Source: an uncultured cyanobacterium
GTDB taxonomy: Bacteria; Cyanobacteriota; Cyanobacteriia; Cyanobacteriales; Nostocaceae
Assembly (NCBI GenBank): GCA_963706595.1
Contig: OY970166.1
Span: forward strand, 4,160,001-4,224,000
DNA length: 64,000 nt
Direction of reading: 5' to 3'
Part shown: piece by piece, positions 40,874 through 50,086 of the stretch
Layout of the letters: every line of letters starts with the position of its first letter
How positions within the stretch are numbered: the stretch's first letter is position 1
The notes under the pieces: model-generated
The model's input: only the letters and a program-made list of their open reading frames with translations
What the model was told of the DNA's origin: nothing
The model's database searches: none
Translations under genes and position numbers: made by a program

Positions 40874-42058
40874 ATGACTAATATTTCGACTGCACAGACT
40901 AAATTAGATCAACATCGGTCACAATTTCCGGCTTTAGCAAATAAGATTTATTTTAATTATGGTGGGCAAGGTCCGATGGCTCAAGGGGCGATGAATGCCA
41001 TTACTCAAACTTTAGCTGACATCCAACAAGCTGGACCTTTTGGGAATGAAGCCTACGCCAAGGTTTCTCAAGCAAAGGAAAGTCTCAGAGATGCGATCGC
41101 CTCCCAGTTGCAAGCACCACCAGAAACCATTACGCTAACAGAAGATGTCACTGTTGGCTGCAATATTGCCATCTGGGGTATTGACTGGCGCGCTGGTGAT
41201 CATCTTCTACTCTCAGACTGCGAACACCCCGGAGTAATTGCTGCATCCCAGGAAATCGCCCGCAGATTTGCTGTAGAAGTTACCACCTGTCCCCTCCAGG
41301 AAACTTTAAATACTGGCGATCCCGTTTCTGTGATTGCTCAACACTTACGCCCCAATACTCGCCTAGTAATTTTAAGTCATGTCTTCTGGAACACCGGACA
41401 AGTTTTACCCCTTGACAAAATTGTAGAAGTATGCAGAGCGAATAATTCTTTGGTTTTAGTGGATGCTGCCCAGTCTGTGGGTTTATTACCTTTAAATTTA
41501 ACCGCATTGGGGGCAGATTTTTATGCCTTCACAGGTCACAAATGGTTATGTGGTCCGGCGGGTGTGGGTGGTTTATATGTCCGTCCCCAAGTTAGAGAGA
41601 ATTTGCAACCGACATTTATCGGCTTGCGTGGTATTGTGGTCGATAGTCAAGCTCAACCTGTGAATTGGCAACCCGATGGACGAAGATATGAAGTATCGAC
41701 ATCAGCGACTTCATTATATGCTGGTTTAACACAGGCGATCGCCATCCATCAGCAATGGGGAACCCCAGAAGCACGTTATCAGCAAATCTGCCATAACAGT
41801 GAGTATCTCTGGCGGAAATTAAATACACTATCCAATGTCCAATGTCTGCGAACTTCCCCACCCGAAAGCGGTATAGTTTCCTTCCAACTTACCCAGCCAC
41901 AATCGCCAGAGCATTTCAAATTGGTACAATTCTTAGAATCACAAAAAATATTAACGCGTACAATTGCTAATCCTGATTGTATCCGCGCCACTGTTCATTA
42001 TTTGACTTTAGAATCCGAAATTGACCAATTAGTTGAGAGTGTACAAAGGTTTGCTTAG
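40874..42058 (+). CDS. Class V aminotransferase, L-cysteine/cystine lyase (C-DES-like)
   Basis: YFNYGGQGP, EHPG, DAAQSVG, FTGHKWLCGPAG PLP lysine; ATG 40874 preferred over track start 40808. Confidence 0.88.
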   Translation: MTNISTAQTKLDQHRSQFPALANKIYFNYGGQGPMAQGAMNAITQTLADIQQAGPFGNEAYAKVSQAKESLRDAIASQLQAPPETITLTEDVTVGCNIAIWGIDWRAGDHLLLSDCEHPGVIAASQEIARRFAVEVTTCPLQETLNTGDPVSVIAQHLRPNTRLVILSHVFWNTGQVLPLDKIVEVCRANNSLVLVDAAQSVGLLPLNLTALGADFYAFTGHKWLCGPAGVGGLYVRPQVRENLQPTFIGLRGIVVDSQAQPVNWQPDGRRYEVSTSATSLYAGLTQAIAIHQQWGTPEARYQQICHNSEYLWRKLNTLSNVQCLRTSPPESGIVSFQLTQPQSPEHFKLVQFLESQKILTRTIANPDCIRATVHYLTLESEIDQLVESVQRFA

Positions 42059-42094
42059 ACAGGAATCTCTCCCACTCATTACCAGCATCTGTCT

Positions 42095-42306
42095 CTAAGG
42101 AATGCGGATTTAATAAAATACACCAACCTCACCCCCAACCCCTCTCCTTACTAAGGAGAGGGGAGACTTTGACGCAACTTTTTAGGCGGGGTGAGGTCAA
42201 AACCCAGAATTTGGATGTTATTTAATTCATGTTCCTAAGAGGATGTTTTAAAAGTTGTAGAGACGTTCCATGGAACGTCTCTACATTCTTTATCGGAGAT
42301 GTCTAA
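42095..42306. repeat. Cluster of palindromic dispersed repeats
   Basis: TAAGGAATG...CATGTTCCTA ends, CCCCTCTCCTTACTAAGGAGAGGGG hairpin, GTAGAGACGTTCCATGGAACGTCTCTAC palindrome. Confidence 0.75.
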
Positions 42307-42334
42307 GGATCATCTGAAGTATTTTGTCTGATTG

Positions 42335-42883
42335 TTAAAGCAAAAACGGACGCGCTAGCATAAAACTAGTAATCGATTTAGCATCTACCGCCTCGCCCTG
42401 GAGAATAGCTTTCTCCAATTCTTCGGGAGTCATTAATACAGTTTCGATATCCTCATCTTCATCCTGTTTGGGCGGATTTTCCAACTTTTGCAAATCTCGT
42501 GCCAAAAAAGCATAGATAATTTCATCAGAATAACCCGGAGCCAGGAAAAACTCACCTAGTTTGTCCCACTTTTGAGCGCCATAACCAGTTTCCTCCTCAA
42601 TTTCACGCTGTATTGTCTCCAGAGGATCTTCATTCCGTTCCAAAGTCCCGGCGGGAAACTCCAATATCCGACCTTGAATAGCAAAACGATACTGGCGCAC
42701 CAATACAAGTTTACCTTCGGCGGTAACAGGCACAGCTAAGGCTCCACCAGGGTGACGAATACATTCCCAATCCCCTTCTGCTTTATTCGGCAAACGCAGG
42801 CGATTGACTTCAAAATCAAACTTGCGTCCTTTATAAAGCAAGCATTGTTTCAGTAGCTGTGGTAATTCTCTACCTAATGGCAT
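42335..42883 (-). CDS. NUDIX hydrolase (ADP-ribose pyrophosphatase-like)
   Basis: Nudix box EFPAG...REIEEETG. Confidence 0.93.
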   Translation of the reverse strand: MPLGRELPQLLKQCLLYKGRKFDFEVNRLRLPNKAEGDWECIRHPGGALAVPVTAEGKLVLVRQYRFAIQGRILEFPAGTLERNEDPLETIQREIEEETGYGAQKWDKLGEFFLAPGYSDEIIYAFLARDLQKLENPPKQDEDEDIETVLMTPEELEKAILQGEAVDAKSITSFMLARPFLL

Positions 42884-42968
42884 AGTAAATTTTTGTTATA
42901 GGTACACAGGTATATAAACATTGTTCCATTAGTAGAAACAGTGTTTTTTAGGTTTATGGTTGGCAAAT

Positions 42969-43487
42969 TTAAGGGCTAGTAAATAAATGTACATCAGAAC
43001 AGTCTACCTCTTTGACTAAATCTTTAATCACACGTTGGGAAATTGGCTCTACCCAATCTGGGGCAATTTCTGCCAATGGGATTAAAACAAAAGCCCGCTC
43101 TCCCATTCGGGGGTGAGGAATTTGGAGGTTGGGTGTATCTATGATTAAGTCATCATATAACAACAAATCTAAATCCAGCGATCGCGGACCCCAACGTTCC
43201 TGACGCACTCGCCCAAACTGCTGTTCCGTTGCCAGTAAAGTCTCTAATAATAAAAGTGGTGACATTTCTACTTGTAATATAGCGCAACCATTTAAATAAT
43301 CTGGCTGCGGTGGTCCTACAGCTTTAGTTCGATACCAACTGGATTTCGCTAGTAGCTTAATTCCTGGAGTTTGGGCTAATGTCTCTATGGCTGCTTCTAG
43401 AATTTGATATGAATCGCCCATATTACCACCCAGAGCGATCGCACTAGCTTGACCAGATACCTTAAATGAACTTGCTGGTTTGAACAA
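42969..43487 (-). CDS. folK: 2-amino-4-hydroxy-6-hydroxymethyldihydropteridine diphosphokinase
   Basis: IALGGNMGD, RWGPRSLDLDLL, IPHPRM.ERAFVL; start uncertain. Confidence 0.95.
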   Translation of the reverse strand: MFKPASSFKVSGQASAIALGGNMGDSYQILEAAIETLAQTPGIKLLAKSSWYRTKAVGPPQPDYLNGCAILQVEMSPLLLLETLLATEQQFGRVRQERWGPRSLDLDLLLYDDLIIDTPNLQIPHPRMGERAFVLIPLAEIAPDWVEPISQRVIKDLVKEVDCSDVHLFTSP

Positions 43488-43709
43488 TTAGTTAAAACTG
43501 GTGTATGAATCCTGACAAGAAAATTAACGAACAGGGAAGGAATATTTTTATGTAATACTGAATTAAGTTAATTATTTATAGGGTATTATACTAACACAAA
43601 CGTGGTGCGCTAACCCCAATAATTTTACATCATGGATAGGTTTCAGGTACTTTAAGAGAGGACTGATGTGGGAAAGCTCACCTCCTAGTTCAAGCAAAGA
43701 TCAACCAAT

Positions 43710-46010
43710 TTGAGCGACTCTGACCAGGAGCAACCGCCATTGATCCCTGGTAATCATTACGAGAACAAGGAAGCCACAAATGAGAGCTTATCACCCACAA
43801 GGTTTATGAAAACAAGGCAGTTCTGGAATCAAATAAATAGTGTCTCATCGGGGATCACTAGTATATTTAGCAGCCGAGATCGACCGTTTTATCGTCGGCT
43901 TTGGTTTTGGGCAACGCTAGGTATAGGTAGTAGCTTATGTGGTACAGTTATTGGCCTGCACTACTTAATTAGCATCATCGATCAAAGCTTGCCAGATAAA
44001 TCGCAACTACAAGTAGTCCGCCGAGCCAAAACCCTGACCATCAAAGCCGTTGATGGCAGCATCCTACAACAACAAGGTGAAGCCACCAGAGAACGACTGA
44101 GGGTAGAGGAAATACCTGAGCAACTCAAACAAGCTTTTATCGCCTCAGAAGACCGAAGATTTCAAAATCATCATGGTATTGACCCACAAGGAATTCTCAG
44201 AGCAGCTCTGAAGAACTTGCGATCGCAGACTGTAGCAGAAGGTGGTAGTACCATCACCCAACAGCTAGCGCGAATTCTTTTCCTGCAACAAGAGCAGACA
44301 ATCTGGCGCAAACTCAAAGAAGTCCGTCTAGCTCATCAACTAGAACAAGAATTGACCAAAAACCAGATTATCGAGCGTTACCTAAATTTGGTATATTTAG
44401 GATCTGGAGCTTATGGTGTAGGAGATGCTGCCTGGGTCTACTTCAGTAAAACGGTAGATCAACTCACCCTAGCCGAAGCAGCAATGATTGCTGGATTAGC
44501 TCCCGCCCCAAGTTTATACTCCCCCATACAAAATCCCACAGTTGCTATACAGAGGCGAAACATAGTACTGCAACGGATGTATGAAGATGAATTAATTACA
44601 GCCGCCGAAAAGCAAGCCTCATCACAGGAAACCCTAAACCTCAACAGCAGCTTTCCCAAACGCCTAGAAGTAGAATCTCCCTACTTTGCCAGTTACGTCC
44701 TCCAAGAATTACCCAAATATGTTTCCCCCGAAATCCTCAAACAAGGGGGTTTAATAGTTGAAACTACCCTAAATCCCACTTGGCAGCAAGCCGCAGAAGC
44801 AGCAGTTGCCAAAACCTTGAAAAATCAAGGTCGCTGGCAGAACTTCACCCAAGCGTCTTTAGTCGCCATAGACCCCCGCAACGGTGAAATTCAGGCCATG
44901 GTGGGAGGAAAAGACTTTAGTAAAAATCAGTTTAATCGAGTTACCCAGGCACAACGTCAGCCAGGATCGACATTTAAGGGATTTCTCTATGCCGCAGCCA
45001 TAGCCACTGGTAAAAGCCCTTACGACACCTACCTAGATGCACCTTTTGTAGTCGATGGTTACGAACCACAAAACTTTGGGAAAACCTTTCGTGGCTCCAT
45101 GAGCATACGAAATGCCCTCACCCGTTCCACTAATGTAATTGCGGTGAAAGTTTTGCTTGATGTAGGCTTTAAGCCAATTATTAATACCGCCCACAACTTG
45201 GGAATTAAATCCGAACTGCAACCGACCTATTCTTTAGCTCTTGGTTCCCATGAAGTCAATTTACTGGAATTAACCAACGCTTATGGTAGCTTTGCTACGC
45301 AAGGATTATACATAGAAGCTCATGGCATTCGCCGCATCCTCAACCGTCAAGGACAAGTCATTTGGTCAAATGATTTCCAGCATCAACGGGTTCTTGACCC
45401 CACAAGTGCCGGCATTATGACCTGGATGCTACGCCAAGTAGTAGAAGCCGGTACTGGCGGTCCTGCACAATTAAAGAATAGGCCTGTAGCTGGGAAAACC
45501 GGAACTTCCGATGAAGCCCGCGACTTGTGGTTTATTGGCTACATTCCCCAAATAGTCACAGGCGTTTGGTTAGGCAATGATAACAACCGCCCCACTTCAG
45601 GAGACAGTGCTAGTGCTGCTTACACCTGGAGGGAATTTATGGCAAAAGCAGTAGAGGGAATGCCTATAGAAAAGTTTCCCGAAAGACCAAAACTCCAAGG
45701 TCGCGTAGGTAGCATTAAAGCACAGCCCATCAAACCGAAATCAATACAGCATCGTTCTCTTTCCACTACTGCAAATCAGCCAAGTCCCACCACAGCTAAC
45801 GTTACCCGCTCATCTAGAAGGTCTAGAAGACGTTCACAGCCACAGGTCACAAATACACCCGCCAGTGTATCTTCACCGAGACGGCGTAGAAGAGTACAAT
45901 CAAATCCTACGCCACCCGCCACAACTAAACGGCCTAGTAGTTCAATTCCTTCAACACCCCCACCTTCGTGGCGGGAAAGACTTAGACCCGGCTCAAATTC
46001 TTCGGATTGA
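43710..46010 (+). CDS. Class A penicillin-binding protein (transglycosylase/transpeptidase); start uncertain because of an upstream in-frame TAG
   Basis: EDRRF, GGSTITQQL, RKLKE, STFK, STN, KTG motifs; basic disordered tail. Confidence 0.92.
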   Translation: MSDSDQEQPPLIPGNHYENKEATNESLSPTRFMKTRQFWNQINSVSSGITSIFSSRDRPFYRRLWFWATLGIGSSLCGTVIGLHYLISIIDQSLPDKSQLQVVRRAKTLTIKAVDGSILQQQGEATRERLRVEEIPEQLKQAFIASEDRRFQNHHGIDPQGILRAALKNLRSQTVAEGGSTITQQLARILFLQQEQTIWRKLKEVRLAHQLEQELTKNQIIERYLNLVYLGSGAYGVGDAAWVYFSKTVDQLTLAEAAMIAGLAPAPSLYSPIQNPTVAIQRRNIVLQRMYEDELITAAEKQASSQETLNLNSSFPKRLEVESPYFASYVLQELPKYVSPEILKQGGLIVETTLNPTWQQAAEAAVAKTLKNQGRWQNFTQASLVAIDPRNGEIQAMVGGKDFSKNQFNRVTQAQRQPGSTFKGFLYAAAIATGKSPYDTYLDAPFVVDGYEPQNFGKTFRGSMSIRNALTRSTNVIAVKVLLDVGFKPIINTAHNLGIKSELQPTYSLALGSHEVNLLELTNAYGSFATQGLYIEAHGIRRILNRQGQVIWSNDFQHQRVLDPTSAGIMTWMLRQVVEAGTGGPAQLKNRPVAGKTGTSDEARDLWFIGYIPQIVTGVWLGNDNNRPTSGDSASAAYTWREFMAKAVEGMPIEKFPERPKLQGRVGSIKAQPIKPKSIQHRSLSTTANQPSPTTANVTRSSRRSRRRSQPQVTNTPASVSSPRRRRRVQSNPTPPATTKRPSSSIPSTPPPSWRERLRPGSNSSD

Positions 46011-46014
46011 CTTG

Positions 46015-46320
46015 TTCGTAGGGTGTGTTATGCCGTAGGCTAACGCACCTTGAATTGCTGACATTGAAGCCGAAGTTTTAACGGTGCGTTGCGCTACGCG
46101 ACAACACACCCTACATTAAAAGTTCTTAATATAACTTGAAATACTAGTGCCGACTTACTTACCTACTTAGATGAAATATAATATATAGGACTCCTATCTG
46201 ATTTTTATTGGCGCGGCATAAAACAAAAAGGTTATTCCCCACTCCCCACTCCCCACTCCCTACGCAAATAAATATGGCTACGCCACGCTACGCAAACAGA
46301 AATCAAACCTGATTACTATA
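46015..46320. repeat. Dispersed palindromic repeats and short STRR
   Basis: GTAGGGTGTGTT...AACACACCCTAC hairpin (also 38308-38386, partial at 56920-56952), CCCCACT heptamers. Confidence 0.75.
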
Positions 46321-46335
46321 TATTCGCAGTTCCCT

Positions 46336-47730
46336 TTAGTTTTTCTGAATTCCATAACACAAACGACCAATTAACCAATTATTATCTTCACTATTATTTG
46401 ATTTTCCAGACTGTAGTATTTCTGTTCTATTTTTCAATCCAATGAAAAACTCCTCTATACCCTGAGTCTTTGTCCCATCTTGTTCATTACTTCTTGCTTC
46501 CCAGTCCCACTCTTTCCACCAAATAGGCGTTTGTAACCTTTGAGCAAAAATATCAAATTTAAACTTATAAACACCCGATTCGGGAAACTTGTTAGGCTCA
46601 ATTAATGCCGAGAAATTTAATTTATTTTCCTGAATCTGCCAATCTTGTAATTGAAAAGCAGTATTAATATCTGAACTATTCATAACTTTGAATTTTTTTT
46701 CAAATTCATCAAATTTTTCCACATCGACTTTTGAATTAATCAAACTTTTGTCAGTATCAATAAGCAAACTATATTTAGCCGCATAAAAAGGGAGAGTATA
46801 ATTAATTGTCAAACTTTCCTCTTGTCGATTGTCTATTTGCAAAAGTTCACCAGGATAATTATCTTTAGTAACAGAAACTCCATTTTTAACCAAAGAAACA
46901 GGTCGGTTCACACCTGGAACTGTTATTGTTGGTAAAGTTTCTAGACTTGAGACACCATTAATTATATTTTCTGGATGAAAAATCATCAAATTACTATTAA
47001 CCATCAATTGTTGTGAATCATTCTTTTTTAAATAATCAAAATAATACTGAATATCACGATATGGACCAACAAACAGAACGTAAAATGGTCTGAATTTCTC
47101 CGGTTCTTTTCCAGAAGAATACGCAAAAGTTTTGAGTTTATTTAGCTCTTGTACATATACAGTCCCATTAAACTCACTTTTTATCGCCCAAATTCCCACT
47201 GCATAATCCTTTCTATCTAGGTTAAAATAAATATCTTGGATTTTTTTGGTTAGCCTAGTCACATCACCGCTATTTTGCTCTAAATCCGTAACTATAACCG
47301 TCATTCTTTCCTCATCTTTTTTGGGAGGAATAATCGCAGCATCAATGGGGCTAGATACAGCTTTAAATTTTGTATTACTACCATCATAAAATACAGGCGC
47401 TCCGGCATAACTATAATATTCACCTCCTGTAATTTTTTGGTTTGGATTATCCAGACGATAGTATTCAACTGGTAATTTACCTATTAATTCAAAGGCATTT
47501 CTAATACTATTTAAAGCTTTCACATAATTAGTCTTTCCATCTCTCACATACCCCAGCATTGAGCCACTACCATCAACATAAATTCCTACATTGAGATTGT
47601 CAGATTTAGAAAGATTACTTTGATTGAATGCCGGAATTTCACAGGTTAATTTATCCTTAACTGCCACTGGATTGCAAGCTGTTAAAACAGTTATTACAAA
47701 TCCTAAAAAAAACCATCTAAATTGCATCAT
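46336..47730 (-). CDS. Putative lipoprotein with divergent vWA (MIDAS) domain
   Basis: From ATG 47730: lipobox VLTAC; IYVDGSGSM (DxSxS) and VIVTD. Confidence 0.7.
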   Translation of the reverse strand: MMQFRWFFLGFVITVLTACNPVAVKDKLTCEIPAFNQSNLSKSDNLNVGIYVDGSGSMLGYVRDGKTNYVKALNSIRNAFELIGKLPVEYYRLDNPNQKITGGEYYSYAGAPVFYDGSNTKFKAVSSPIDAAIIPPKKDEERMTVIVTDLEQNSGDVTRLTKKIQDIYFNLDRKDYAVGIWAIKSEFNGTVYVQELNKLKTFAYSSGKEPEKFRPFYVLFVGPYRDIQYYFDYLKKNDSQQLMVNSNLMIFHPENIINGVSSLETLPTITVPGVNRPVSLVKNGVSVTKDNYPGELLQIDNRQEESLTINYTLPFYAAKYSLLIDTDKSLINSKVDVEKFDEFEKKFKVMNSSDINTAFQLQDWQIQENKLNFSALIEPNKFPESGVYKFKFDIFAQRLQTPIWWKEWDWEARSNEQDGTKTQGIEEFFIGLKNRTEILQSGKSNNSEDNNWLIGRLCYGIQKN

Positions 47731-48095
47731 TTTGTTTCCTGAAGAAATTGAGAACTTATGAATCAGAAGGGACAAGCAAGAAACCAGGAGAAAAAACCCC
47801 TAAATAAATTCAGAGTTTTCCCACGAAAATGCCTTTTTGCTATCACTATGTGTCCTGAAAATTTTTCTTAACTTTATTAATAATTAAATTTTAAAGGATT
47901 TAAGCCTGTGGAAAGAAGTCAAAAAATATTTCTTTCCTTTAGCTCCTGCCTTGATTGGGTAAAGATTTTTAAGTAAATGTACGGTAGTTTTAATTCTTAT
48001 AAAAAAAGGATGATAAAAGTATATCAAAAAATACTAGCGATAGCTTTAAGCACGATGTTAAGACTCTGGATACAGAACAACAATAAGGAGAGCTA

Positions 48096-48569
48096 ATGAA
48101 GCCGTGGGAAATAATTAGGATCATCATTTTTAACGTTATTGGTGCTGCACTAATGTTTTTGGGGCAGCGTCTCATCTATGAAAATCAAATCATACCCATT
48201 CAAAAAGTCCCCCTTGATACTTGGCTTGGTGCTGACTATACCACAGCCGCACTGATCATGTTTGGAGTTTGTCTGTTGTCCACGATGATTTGGTGTCTCA
48301 TTGCCGCAGTCAGTAAGTTTACTGATAGTAGAAATGCTGGGAGTTGGATGTTGTTTTGGTGGTTGTTAGGACTTTTACCCATAGCCAGCATTGGTTTTAC
48401 AGTGTTTTACATTAACCGCAGCGACGAAGCCCAGTTTTCGCTGATGGGATTTTTCCTTTTAGATGCTATCTGGCTGTATTGGTTCAGCACCGCCACTAGT
48501 TCTCCTGAAGCCGTGAAATATATTCCACCAGGAGCTTTTTTTATCCGTCATAAGCTGATGGGAGATTAA
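48096..48569 (+). CDS. Hypothetical 4-TM membrane protein, first gene of the tubulin/actin operon
   Basis: AAGGAG SD; four hydrophobic helices; 3 bp from next gene. Confidence 0.8.
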   Translation: MKPWEIIRIIIFNVIGAALMFLGQRLIYENQIIPIQKVPLDTWLGADYTTAALIMFGVCLLSTMIWCLIAAVSKFTDSRNAGSWMLFWWLLGLLPIASIGFTVFYINRSDEAQFSLMGFFLLDAIWLYWFSTATSSPEAVKYIPPGAFFIRHKLMGD

Positions 48570-48572
48570 TAA

Positions 48573-50072
48573 ATGTCAATTTATGTGATTGGAATTGGTG
48601 GTACTGGCGCTAAGTGCATTGAAGCTGTAATTCAATTAGCATCCATAGGACTTTTTGGCGAAGAAACCCTGAATTTATTGTTTGTTGATGCTGATGAAAA
48701 TAATGGTAATTTAGAACGGGCATTAAAAAGCCTAAAAATTTATCAAGATTGCCAAAATTTAGGTCTTGCTGATAAACATCCCTGGATGAAAACCAAAATT
48801 GAGTCCTTTGGTTTATGGTCGCCTTTTGCCAACACCAGCGTCAATAAAAACCTTAGCTCATTCTTTGAATATAATATTCTCAAAGATGATGAATCAGCAT
48901 TAGGAAATTTATTTGATGTTCTTTATACTTCAGAAGAACGCGATGCTAATTTAGACGTGGGTTTTCGTGGTCGCCCTGCTATTGGTGCGGCGGTGATGAG
49001 TCAGGTAAAACTTGATTCTTTAGACCATGACTCATGGGGACAACTAATGAGTCAACTGCAAAAAGACACTGGAGGAGGTAAACGCCCCAAAGTATTTTTA
49101 TGTGGCTCAATTTTTGGTGGTACAGGGGCTTCAGGATTACCAACTATTGGCCGTTTAATTCATAATAAGTTGGAAACTCTGCAAATTAGAACTAAAGTTG
49201 ATATTGGTTGCTTATTTGTTTTACCTTATTTTGGTTTTACTCCTACTTTGGGAGAAAATGCAGAAACAGTCTATGCTCGTTCTGAACAATTTTTATTAAA
49301 CACAGAAGCAGCACTGCGTTATTATGGCAGTCAAGCCCAAGACAGTTTTGACACTGTATATCTGTTGGGAAATCAAAACTTATCTCCAGTTAAAGTTTTT
49401 AGTGTTGGTAAAAATACTCAACGCAATGACCCCCATTTTATTGAACTCTATGCGGCATTAGCAGCACGGCAATTTTTATTGAATACAACTTCCGAACAAA
49501 AAAAAGTGGTGTTGATGAATCGGGAGAATTTGAGAAATCTGATTTGGAAAGATATTCCCGACCAAAAAGCAGTTAACTCAGAGTTAGTTAATGCCACTCG
49601 TTTTGCTTTTATGTGGTTATCTAATATTGCCCCAGCGTTAGCGGAAGCTAAGAAAATTGGTGTGAAAAGCTTCCAAAAAGGTAATAGTTGGTTTGTGAAA
49701 TTCTTTCCTGACCGCATTGTTTTTCGCAACAATCAAAGACAAGAAATAGATTTTAATGATCCAGAACAGCAAAATGCTATAGAAACAATTACTGTCTGGT
49801 GTCAAGATTATTTACGTTGGCTGTCATTAGTTCATCAATGTGCTGGTGAAAATATTCAATTATTCAATGCTCAACATTTCAGTAATAGTAAGCTGAATCC
49901 TCAGCATTTATCAGATTTAATTAGTGGCTTAGGTGACAGTCGAGATCAAAACCAGAAATCTCAGGACACAGTACAAAAACTCAAAGAACGTTTGCATCCT
50001 CCAGCTATCAGTCTGCCCAATCAAGGCATATTGGGACTGTCTAAAGCTTTATATCTTGTTTGTCGGTTGTAG
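48573..50072 (+). CDS. Divergent FtsZ/tubulin-superfamily GTPase (Tubulin_2-like)
   Basis: VIGIGGTG, GFRGRPAIG, signature loop GSIFGGTGASG. Confidence 0.85.
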   Translation: MSIYVIGIGGTGAKCIEAVIQLASIGLFGEETLNLLFVDADENNGNLERALKSLKIYQDCQNLGLADKHPWMKTKIESFGLWSPFANTSVNKNLSSFFEYNILKDDESALGNLFDVLYTSEERDANLDVGFRGRPAIGAAVMSQVKLDSLDHDSWGQLMSQLQKDTGGGKRPKVFLCGSIFGGTGASGLPTIGRLIHNKLETLQIRTKVDIGCLFVLPYFGFTPTLGENAETVYARSEQFLLNTEAALRYYGSQAQDSFDTVYLLGNQNLSPVKVFSVGKNTQRNDPHFIELYAALAARQFLLNTTSEQKKVVLMNRENLRNLIWKDIPDQKAVNSELVNATRFAFMWLSNIAPALAEAKKIGVKSFQKGNSWFVKFFPDRIVFRNNQRQEIDFNDPEQQNAIETITVWCQDYLRWLSLVHQCAGENIQLFNAQHFSNSKLNPQHLSDLISGLGDSRDQNQKSQDTVQKLKERLHPPAISLPNQGILGLSKALYLVCRL

Positions 50073-50086
50073 AAGGAAAGTTAATT

